In this document: positions 14,822 through 23,572 of the stretch, piece after piece
Position numbering within the stretch: position 1 is the stretch's first letter
Layout: the number at the start of each line of letters is the position of its first letter
Source of the DNA: Candidatus Nanopusillus acidilobi
GTDB lineage: Archaea; Nanobdellota; Nanobdellia; Nanobdellales; Nanobdellaceae
Length of the DNA: 32,000 bases
NCBI GenBank assembly: GCA_001552015.1
Contig: CP010514.1
Coordinates: forward strand, 540,001 to 572,000
Direction of reading: 5' to 3'
Position numbers and translations under genes: made by a program
Notes under the pieces: generated by a model
Seen by the model: only the letters and a program-made list of their open reading frames with translations
Told to the model about the DNA's origin: nothing
Database searches by the model: none

Positions 14822-16102
14822 ATGAAAGGTATAAATAATATTAATAAGAAGCTATTAATAACTATATTTACTTTTTTATTTCTAATAAGGTTTATATATT
14901 CACAATATCCGACAGGAATATCTCCACAGAATAATGCGGTTAGTAGTTTAGAATCAAATTCTATTATTCAATGGATTATTACATCTTCAACTAATGGTTA
15001 TTCAACTGTAGCTCGATATTTAGCTAATTTTATATCTATTAAGGGAATACCAATCTATGTTTGGTCTATTATAACATTTTTAATGGCTACTTTATTCTTT
15101 ATTGCAATATATATATATCTCTTTGAAATATTTACACAAAGAACTGGAATATCCGAAAGCGAAACAATGAAAAAAGCAAAGATATTGCTTATATTTGCCT
15201 TAAGTGTATTTTCTGCAATAGCAATAGGTTTTGCCATACCATTTTTATTTAATCTTTATGGATTTATTTTATTGATACTTTTATTAATAGCTTTATTTTT
15301 CTTTGGAAGAGCTGCAGTTTCTTATGGAAAAGGCTTTCATTATGCAGCTAAATCATTTGCAGCCAATGTAGAAAAAGATTTATTAGAAGTAGAAAGAGAA
15401 TTAAAAGAAGCAAGAAAAAATCTTTCTGAACAAGATGTAAGATATCTAGAAGAAGGAATAGAAAAAGTTAATAGTATTTATAATGAAGTAAGAAAAGATT
15501 TTAATAATGCAGAGACGAAATTTCAAAATATTTTATCTCATTTAGAACTTGCATACAAAGCATTTATTACTAATTTCATAAATAGATGCGAAGCATACTT
15601 TAACCAACAACATCTTTCACGCAATCAAAGGAAGGAAAAAGCTAAATTTATTAGAGACTTAGCAGAAAAAAGAGATAGAATGAATCGCCAAAAGATATTA
15701 AATACCAAAAAATCACCAAAAGATCTTTATAATGAGATACTAAGTGAGATTGGTAATCTTTATTATCTTAAAAGTTATGAATCAGAATTAAGAAAGCTAC
15801 TGCATATTAGCTATATATTTATTTTTCATTCTTCACAGAGTCCACATACTCGAATATTTAGAGATATACAAGATACAATAAATGAATATGAAAAAGCAAG
15901 AAACTCACTAATGAGATTTTATGGATTTGAAAATGGATTTAAAAGAGATATTAACGTAAGATTTAGGTATTTTTTCAGTGCTCCTGATAATAGAAAATAT
16001 GATATTGGTATATTATCTGCATTAGATAAATCAAAAAATTCGATAGATAGAATAGAAAAAATAATTAATGAAAGAATACAATTTTTAAAGCATCTTCTTT
16101 AA
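14822..16102 (+). CDS. Signal-peptide / 3 TM / long helical-domain protein (paralog B, unknown function)
   Basis: 426 aa. The signal peptide ends ..LIRFIYSQY and there are three TM helices. The remainder is a long charged helical region (..EKDLLEVERELKEARKNLSEQDVRYLEEGIEKV..). Confidence 0.7.
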   Translation: MKGINNINKKLLITIFTFLFLIRFIYSQYPTGISPQNNAVSSLESNSIIQWIITSSTNGYSTVARYLANFISIKGIPIYVWSIITFLMATLFFIAIYIYLFEIFTQRTGISESETMKKAKILLIFALSVFSAIAIGFAIPFLFNLYGFILLILLLIALFFFGRAAVSYGKGFHYAAKSFAANVEKDLLEVERELKEARKNLSEQDVRYLEEGIEKVNSIYNEVRKDFNNAETKFQNILSHLELAYKAFITNFINRCEAYFNQQHLSRNQRKEKAKFIRDLAEKRDRMNRQKILNTKKSPKDLYNEILSEIGNLYYLKSYESELRKLLHISYIFIFHSSQSPHTRIFRDIQDTINEYEKARNSLMRFYGFENGFKRDINVRFRYFFSAPDNRKYDIGILSALDKSKNSIDRIEKIINERIQFLKHLL

Positions 16103-16103
16103 T

Positions 16104-17261
16104 TTATTTGTTTTCTTCAATACTAAATTTTTTAATTGCTAAACTTTCTGCATAATCATCTATATCCGTTGTAATTATATATCCAATAGATACTTCATGC
16201 AATTTATGACCAGCTCTACCAATTCTTTGTATTAACCTTGTAACCTGTCTAGGTGAATTATATTGAATTACAGCATCAACATATCCAATATCTATTCCAA
16301 GTTCTAAAGAAGATGTTGCAATAATTGCCTTAATTTTCCCTTCTTTAAATAATCTTTCATTTCTTTCCCTTACTTCTCTTGATAAAGAACTATGATGTAT
16401 TTCAATCTTATATTCAGGTAACCAAACCTTAAATCTTGAAGACAACAATTCTGCCATTTCTCTTGTATTTACAAATATTATTACAGATTTATGTTTATCC
16501 AATATTTCCTTTATTTTTCTTAAACTCCATGCTATTTTTGGGTTCCAATTATATTTTCTTGCCAATTCTAAATCTTCTTCACTAATTTCCGGATAATATA
16601 CTTCTATATGATATTTTTTCTCTGCATACCAATATGCAATTTTATAATTCCTATATCCAAAAATAAATTTTGCAGCTTCATCCAAATCTCCAATTGTTGC
16701 AGATAATGCAATTCTTTGAAATTCTCCAGCATAATTTACTAATCTTTCCAAACCTAAAGATAATTGTATTCCTCTTTTTTCATTTAATAATTCATGTAAT
16801 TCATCTACAATAACATATTTTACAGTTTTTAATTGTTCTCTTAATCTTTTTCCTAAAAATAATATCTGAAAAGTTTCTGGAGTTGTTATTAAAAATTCTA
16901 CAGGTTTTTTAGATAATCTAGCTCTTTCTTTTTCTTCTGTATCCCCATGCCTAACTGCGACAGATATACCCAAATTATCACCCCACCATTTTATTCTATC
17001 TAATACATCTCTATTCAATGCTCTTAATGGTGATATATAAATTCCCAATAATTGATTTTCAATACCTTTTTCCTTTAATTCCAATATTTTCGAAAATACA
17101 GGTAATATTGCAGCTTCTGTTTTTCCAGATCCTGTGGGAGCAACAATTAAAGTATTATTTCCATTTAATATTTCTGGAATTGCTATTTTTTGAATTGGAT
17201 AGAAATCCTCAAATTTTTTAAAGAATAATTCCTCTATTTTCTTATTTAAATTATATTCCAT
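16104..17261 (-). CDS. lhr: Lhr-type SF2 DEAH-box helicase, core (RecA1+RecA2) only
   Basis: FYPIQ (Q motif), APTGSGKTEAA (I), DELHEL (II), LSATIGD (III), QRIGRAGH (VI). At 385 aa it covers only the N-terminal helicase core of Lhr proteins. Its own TATA box lies ~30 nt upstream (revcomp of ~17285-17298). Confidence 0.85.
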   Translation of the reverse strand: MEYNLNKKIEELFFKKFEDFYPIQKIAIPEILNGNNTLIVAPTGSGKTEAAILPVFSKILELKEKGIENQLLGIYISPLRALNRDVLDRIKWWGDNLGISVAVRHGDTEEKERARLSKKPVEFLITTPETFQILFLGKRLREQLKTVKYVIVDELHELLNEKRGIQLSLGLERLVNYAGEFQRIALSATIGDLDEAAKFIFGYRNYKIAYWYAEKKYHIEVYYPEISEEDLELARKYNWNPKIAWSLRKIKEILDKHKSVIIFVNTREMAELLSSRFKVWLPEYKIEIHHSSLSREVRERNERLFKEGKIKAIIATSSLELGIDIGYVDAVIQYNSPRQVTRLIQRIGRAGHKLHEVSIGYIITTDIDDYAESLAIKKFSIEENK

Positions 17262-17431
17262 AGATATGTATAGTATTTCATTATTATTTTATAAATCATG
17301 ATATAGCCAAAAAGAAAGAAAGTTAATAAATATGATAGATAAATGTAAAAAAGAGGAAAATAAGATAATTAAAGAAAAGTTTAAAGGAAAATTAATTATT
17401 CCAAAGTCAAAAAGTTATAAGATATTTTTAA

Positions 17432-18091
17432 CTATTTTTCCTCAATTAAAATTCCATCTAATGTATATACTTCATATTTTTCTATTCCTCTCGTAATCGG
17501 TCCCTGAAATTCTCCAACATCCCATAATCCTGCTAAATCAGAAAATGCAGGTAAAATTATAATTACCTTATTATCTTTATACCCAATTACAAAAACTTTT
17601 TCATATATACTTTCTCCAATACTTGTAGAAATACTTTTTGCAAAATGATGATGTCCAATAACATAATATTTTCCATTTAATTTTGTATTTAAATGCCCAT
17701 GTGTAAATACAACATTTTTTATTCTTAATGCCTTCAAAATTTTAACGTTATTTATTCCAGAAACTAATTCCTCAATATCACCATCATGATTTCCCTTTAT
17801 TATATATATTTTCTTGAAATATTGAGATATTTCATTTATAAAATATGGAATATCTGACATTTCTTGTAAACTTGTTTCAGGTATATTGTGTTTTAAATCT
17901 CCATCAATAATTAAATATTTTATTTTATATTTTTCATAAATTTTTCTTATTTTATTTATATAATAATTTACTTGAGAAGGAATATTTATTCCCTTTTTAT
18001 ATAATTCTCTTTCAATCCCTATATGTAGATCAGAAATAACTAAAATTTTATCAAAAAATATTAAACCCTCAGTTCCAGTAAATTTAAGCAT
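17432..18091 (-). CDS. Calcineurin-like metallophosphoesterase (MPE/PdeM-like)
   Basis: ISDLHIG (DxH), IIDGDLKHN (GD), GNHDG (GNHD), FTHGH, IGHHH: the full metallophosphoesterase motif set. Confidence 0.8.
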   Translation of the reverse strand: MLKFTGTEGLIFFDKILVISDLHIGIERELYKKGINIPSQVNYYINKIRKIYEKYKIKYLIIDGDLKHNIPETSLQEMSDIPYFINEISQYFKKIYIIKGNHDGDIEELVSGINNVKILKALRIKNVVFTHGHLNTKLNGKYYVIGHHHFAKSISTSIGESIYEKVFVIGYKDNKVIIILPAFSDLAGLWDVGEFQGPITRGIEKYEVYTLDGILIEEK

Positions 18092-18428
18092 TAATTAAAA
18101 TACTCTTTATTTGGTTTATATCTTTTGCATTCTTTATTTTTTCCTTTATTTCTTTTACTTTATCTATATTATCGATCAATAAAACAATATCTCCTAAAGC
18201 TTGTCCAGGTATCCCTTTATTAAATCTAACCCTTAAATTACCTTTATTTCCATGTATATCAACAATCTTTCCAATAAAAATCTTCTTTCCAGGACTTACC
18301 CATATTACATGCTTTCCAATATATTTACTTGCCTCATATTTATTATTTATATTTTCAAATTTTACTATTACCTGATCTGGATATATATGATGCCTACCCA
18401 TCCTGTAATTTAATATTACTCCCTTCAT
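18084..18428 (-). CDS. rpl35ae: Ribosomal protein L35Ae (eL33) with a C-terminal extension
   Basis: GVILNYRMGRHHIYPDQVIVKF...GKHVIWVSPGKKIFIGKIVDIHGNKGNLRVRFNKGIPGQALGDIV matches the eL33 pattern (..G.I...HG..G.VRA.F...LP..A.G..V). Confidence 0.8.
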   Translation of the reverse strand: MKGVILNYRMGRHHIYPDQVIVKFENINNKYEASKYIGKHVIWVSPGKKIFIGKIVDIHGNKGNLRVRFNKGIPGQALGDIVLLIDNIDKVKEIKEKIKNAKDINQIKSILINA

Positions 18429-18430
18429 CT

Positions 18431-20161
18431 CTATTTTGATATATAATAATCTTTAAATATTTTATTTAGCACACCAATAACATTACTATCTAGATAATTT
18501 AATCCATCTTTACTAATATCTTTAATCATTTCTTCCCTATATTTTGGATCATTAAATGTACCAATCTTATTCCCATTATAATCATATACATCAATTCCAT
18601 TTTCTGTTACTATATATAATTTGGATTTTGATAAATATAGATCATAATTTTTATTTTTTTCTTTATCTATTATAGAATACTTAAATCTCAATAGCATTTC
18701 TTCCCTCTTATTTTCAATTAAATTTCTTATATTTCTAATATGATATAGCAAAGATTCTTTTAATTTTTCCAATTCAATTATATCATATTTCTTTTCCTTA
18801 TAATTCTTAATATCATTTTCTAAATTTTCTAATCCACTATATTCTATTGGCATTCTTTCTTTTACATAATTGTTATATTCAATATTAAATAAATCCTGGA
18901 ACTTTGTTTTTAATTCTTCATAAATTAATATATAATTATCTATCATCTTCTTTTCATTTTCTTTATCAATAATTTGTTTTATATTTTTCATTTCAGATAT
19001 AAATTTCTCAGCTTTTTCAAATACATTCATTAAATCTTCATATTTATATTCATTTACCTTGCCATGTTCAAAATCTTTTCTCATTTTCCATACTTCAGAT
19101 AATATATTTACGTATTCAATATTCAATATTCCTTTATCTACAAATAATTTTTTTAACATATCAGGAGTTTCTTTTGGATCTCCAGGTAATAAACCATAAT
19201 CCATTATTACTGCCTGAGCAGAAGTAACCAATGCAACTGCCAAATCTTCAACTATCAAATTATTTATTATATTTTTTAATTTATTTTTAGCTTCTTTTAA
19301 TGCATTCTCTGCAGCAGTTATATACTTATCAGCAGCTTCCTGTGATGGTTTTAAAATTCCTTTCAATAATAATTGCTTCCATGCAATAAACATTCCTCTA
19401 TCATATAAAGGTATTCCATCTCTTAAGAATGTAATTATTACTGGATTTGATTCTGACATTGCTAACCAAAATTCTGTCAAAGTATAAACTTGTGGATGTA
19501 ATTCTTTATTAGAATTTACCAATATTTTTGCCTCCATTGCCTTATTTATTATTAAATCCATTAATTTTATTTTTAATTCTTCAAATGTATGTTGTTTAAC
19601 ATCTGTATCATCAATTACAACATATATATCTACATCGGAAGATTCAACACTACTTCCTTTTACTTGAGAACCCGCTAAAACATATGCAACAACATATCTT
19701 TGTAATATATCAATTATTAATTTTTTATGAACGCTTGTTAACCTAAATATTTCAAATATTCCTTTATCATATATTACATTCCCAATTGTTAATAAATCTA
19801 ATAGTTCAAATCTTGAATCCATTGCAATATTTTTTATATCTTCAATTAATAAAACATGTAACCATATATCTATTTTTTCATTTTTTATTTTCTGTAAATA
19901 TTTTTCTAGAAAAGATGCCTTCAATTTTATTTTTTCCTCTGGATTTAAATCAAAATCTGATAAAATTATTATCCAATGCTTATAAACTTCTATCTCTCTT
20001 TTATATTTTTCAAGCAAGTCCTCACTTGACATTATGGAACTATAATAAGTTAATTCTTTCAATAAATTCGTTATATTCTCATTCTTTTCTTTAAATTCCA
20101 TTATTCCAATTACTCTATCTTTATACTCACTATTAAGTATATCATCCTTAAGATCTGCCAT
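18431..20161 (-). CDS. Large fused protein: degenerate NTase-like repeat + Pol-beta-type minimal nucleotidyltransferase (MNT) + HEPN-like helical domain + coiled-coil/beta C-terminus
   Basis: 576 aa. NTase signature GSQVKGSSVESSDVDIYVVID (G[SG]..DxD). An upstream segment repeats the post-NTase block (..LLDLLTIGNVIYDKGIFE.. vs ..VIITFLRDGIPLYDRGMF..). The downstream helical region is HEPN-like (SQEAADKYITAAENALKEAK.., SAQAVIMDYGLLPGDPKETPDMLKKL, and MRKDFEH, an Rx4H motif). Confidence 0.55.
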   Translation of the reverse strand: MADLKDDILNSEYKDRVIGIMEFKEKNENITNLLKELTYYSSIMSSEDLLEKYKREIEVYKHWIIILSDFDLNPEEKIKLKASFLEKYLQKIKNEKIDIWLHVLLIEDIKNIAMDSRFELLDLLTIGNVIYDKGIFEIFRLTSVHKKLIIDILQRYVVAYVLAGSQVKGSSVESSDVDIYVVIDDTDVKQHTFEELKIKLMDLIINKAMEAKILVNSNKELHPQVYTLTEFWLAMSESNPVIITFLRDGIPLYDRGMFIAWKQLLLKGILKPSQEAADKYITAAENALKEAKNKLKNIINNLIVEDLAVALVTSAQAVIMDYGLLPGDPKETPDMLKKLFVDKGILNIEYVNILSEVWKMRKDFEHGKVNEYKYEDLMNVFEKAEKFISEMKNIKQIIDKENEKKMIDNYILIYEELKTKFQDLFNIEYNNYVKERMPIEYSGLENLENDIKNYKEKKYDIIELEKLKESLLYHIRNIRNLIENKREEMLLRFKYSIIDKEKNKNYDLYLSKSKLYIVTENGIDVYDYNGNKIGTFNDPKYREEMIKDISKDGLNYLDSNVIGVLNKIFKDYYISK

Positions 20162-20185
20162 AAAATAATTTTTTGAAATATTTAT

Positions 20186-20701
20186 TTATATTCTTTTTTC
20201 AAACCATTGATTCAATGATTTATAATCTACATCTTTTTTAATTTCTTCTTTTTCTTCCTTTTTTTCAGAATTTAAATAATTTTGACTCATTTTTATTAAT
20301 TCATTAGTTATATAATTTTTTAATTCTTCTAAAAAAGATGGATCTTCTTTAAATCTATTGAAATATATTTTAATATTGTCGTCTTTAAATCTTGGTATAA
20401 CTTGAATAGTAATATGTTTATATTTTTGACCAGTTTCCCCAGAAGATAATAAAATATTTAATCCATCAAATTTCAATTTATTTTTTAATATTATCGATAT
20501 ATATTTTGAAATTGTAAACATTTTTTGATTTATTTCATCATTTAAACTTGTATAATCTTCTATATGTAATTTTGGAAATATTAAAAAAGACCCCTTTGAA
20601 GGTGGCAAAATATCTAATACACATATTATATCATTATCTTCATACAAAATATAAGAAGGTATTGTTTTATTTGCAATTTTACAATATACACAATCGTCCA
20701 T
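20186..20701 (-). CDS. HIT-fold protein with a degenerate histidine triad and a charged C-terminal extension
   Basis: CVYCKI.., ..DILPPSKGSFLIFPKLH.., GLNILLSSGETGQKYKHITIQVIPR aligns with HIT ..GFN...N.G..AGQ.V.HLHLHVIPR. The triad reads H-I-T-I-Q (20402-20416) instead of H-x-H-x-H. Confidence 0.75.
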   Translation of the reverse strand: MDDCVYCKIANKTIPSYILYEDNDIICVLDILPPSKGSFLIFPKLHIEDYTSLNDEINQKMFTISKYISIILKNKLKFDGLNILLSSGETGQKYKHITIQVIPRFKDDNIKIYFNRFKEDPSFLEELKNYITNELIKMSQNYLNSEKKEEKEEIKKDVDYKSLNQWFEKRI

Positions 20702-20737
20702 AAAAAATTATTAAATCTTGATAGTTATTAATCTTTT

Positions 20738-21718
20738 ATGACAATTTACTTAATAATTATCATATCAACTCTTATACCTTTACTTATATATGCTTTTCTA
20801 ATATATTTATCTGAAAACATTATATTAAAATACATTGGAAAATATTCAAAATACTATTCCTCATGGCCAGAACATTATTTATTAATATATACAGCAGGAA
20901 TGGCTTCTGCTTTACAATCATTTTTACCAGGTTTAGTAGTAGCATTAAATGGAGACCCAAAACTAGGATATTATTTTCAATTATATAATGTAGTATTAGA
21001 TTATACAATTACTTTAGGTACTTTTATATTAGCATTTAATTTTGATAAGGGAATACTTGACAGCAATGTACTTTCTTTAATTATGATTTCAATAATAGCA
21101 CAAGTTATTGCATTAATTTTTAAACAAATAAATTTCTTTTCTGGATCTATTTTATACCTTATATTTATTATAATTTCCATATTTTTATTGTATAAATATA
21201 GAAAAAAAGGCGAAAAAAATATATATATACCAAAAAGTTCATCTTATGAATATTTTAAGGCAATGGTTTTTTCTTTAGAAATTGCTCTAGCAGTATCAAT
21301 AATATATGTTGGTGGAAATATATTGAATAATATTGCAAATACTTTGCAAGGATTAAATTTATCTATACCATTAGTTGGTTATGCAATATCAATAATTTTA
21401 TTTACATTACCAGATATAATATATGGTCATTTTTCTTGGTTTAAAAAGAAGGATCTTAATATTAGTATATCATCAATATCAGGAGAAGAAATAACAGAAT
21501 TTACAATATTTACCGGAATTCTTGGAATGATATCCCCAATAAAATTTTCTAGTCAAGATGTTATACCAATTATTTCATCATTTTTAGTTTTATTAATTTC
21601 TGTCATAATTTTATATATATCTTCATATAAAAAAAGAATACCAAGATGGGTTGGAATTTTATTAATTTCTTTGGGTCTTATACTTGGATTTATAGATGGA
21701 ATAGCAAATCTATCATAA
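20738..21718 (+). CDS. Polytopic membrane protein, possibly a very divergent cation/Ca2+ exchanger (CaCA)-like transporter
   Basis: 326 aa with ~10 TM helices in two halves separated by a charged loop (KYRKKGEKN). There is weak resemblance to alpha-repeats (..SSWPEH.. / ..FTLPDIIYG.. compared with G[ST]SxPE). The family assignment is low confidence. Confidence 0.35.
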   Translation: MTIYLIIIISTLIPLLIYAFLIYLSENIILKYIGKYSKYYSSWPEHYLLIYTAGMASALQSFLPGLVVALNGDPKLGYYFQLYNVVLDYTITLGTFILAFNFDKGILDSNVLSLIMISIIAQVIALIFKQINFFSGSILYLIFIIISIFLLYKYRKKGEKNIYIPKSSSYEYFKAMVFSLEIALAVSIIYVGGNILNNIANTLQGLNLSIPLVGYAISIILFTLPDIIYGHFSWFKKKDLNISISSISGEEITEFTIFTGILGMISPIKFSSQDVIPIISSFLVLLISVIILYISSYKKRIPRWVGILLISLGLILGFIDGIANLS

Positions 21719-21750
21719 TTTAAAAATATTATTATCATTTATTATTTTGA

Positions 21751-21867
21751 ATGAGGAGAAGTTCAAGAAGATGGAAAAAATACTTAAGATCTAGATGGAA
21801 ATGGCAGAGAAGAAGAATTAGAGAAGAAAAAAGACTAAGAAAAATAGCTAGAATGAGAGCTTTATAA
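21751..21867 (+). CDS. rpl41e: Ribosomal protein L41e (eL41), not in the ORF track
   Basis: 38 aa: MRRSSRRWKKYLRSRWKWQRRRIREEKRLRKIARMRAL. It is extremely basic with the RWKW..RRI pattern typical of archaeal L41e. A TATA-like TTTAAAAATATTA lies ~26 nt upstream. Confidence 0.7.
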   Translation: MRRSSRRWKKYLRSRWKWQRRRIREEKRLRKIARMRAL

Positions 21868-21910
21868 ATATTAAGATTTTTAAAATATTATAGTAATATT
21901 GTGTTGTATA

Positions 21911-21945
21911 GCCATGTACATCATATGGTATATGATGTACATGGC
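21911..21945. repeat. Perfect 16-bp inverted repeat with a 3-nt spacer, just upstream of the 16S processing stem
   Basis: GCCATGTACATCATAT-GGT-ATATGATGTACATGGC. Every position 21911-21926 pairs with 21945-21930. It lies downstream of two TATA-like boxes (21861-21868, 21877-21886) and 24 nt upstream of the processing-stem strand. Confidence 0.9.
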
Positions 21946-21968
21946 ACATATGTAGAGATTATCTGAAA

Positions 21969-21988
21969 GGGGATAACTGCAGCGGAAT
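21969..21988 (+). other. 5' strand of the pre-16S rRNA processing stem
   Basis: GGGGAT-AAC-TGCAGCGGAAT pairs with ATTCCGCTGCA-ATCCCC at 23527-23543 (11 + 6 bp with a 3-nt bulge), bracketing the 16S gene as in archaeal pre-rRNA. Confidence 0.7.
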
Positions 21989-22033
21989 CTGCGGCCGTAC
22001 TTTTCGGGCTAGGCCCGCGGCGGAATCCGCCGA

Positions 22034-23525
<1,492 letters not shown>

Positions 23526-23526
23526 A

Positions 23527-23543
23527 ATTCCGCTGCAATCCCC
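23527..23543 (+). other. 3' strand of the pre-16S rRNA processing stem
   Basis: Complementary to 21969-21988 (see that feature). Confidence 0.7.
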
Positions 23544-23572
23544 AAATAAAATTTTCTTATATTATAAAAATA

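Noticed and set aside
17332-17496. 54-aa plus-strand ORF (MIDKCKKEENK...) in the 170-nt gap between the MPE and Lhr genes
   Set aside because: It has no TATA box at the expected -26 distance. Its 3' part runs antisense into the MPE gene and turns into hydrophobic low-complexity sequence, and it has no recognisable motif. The gap is more simply the Lhr promoter region.
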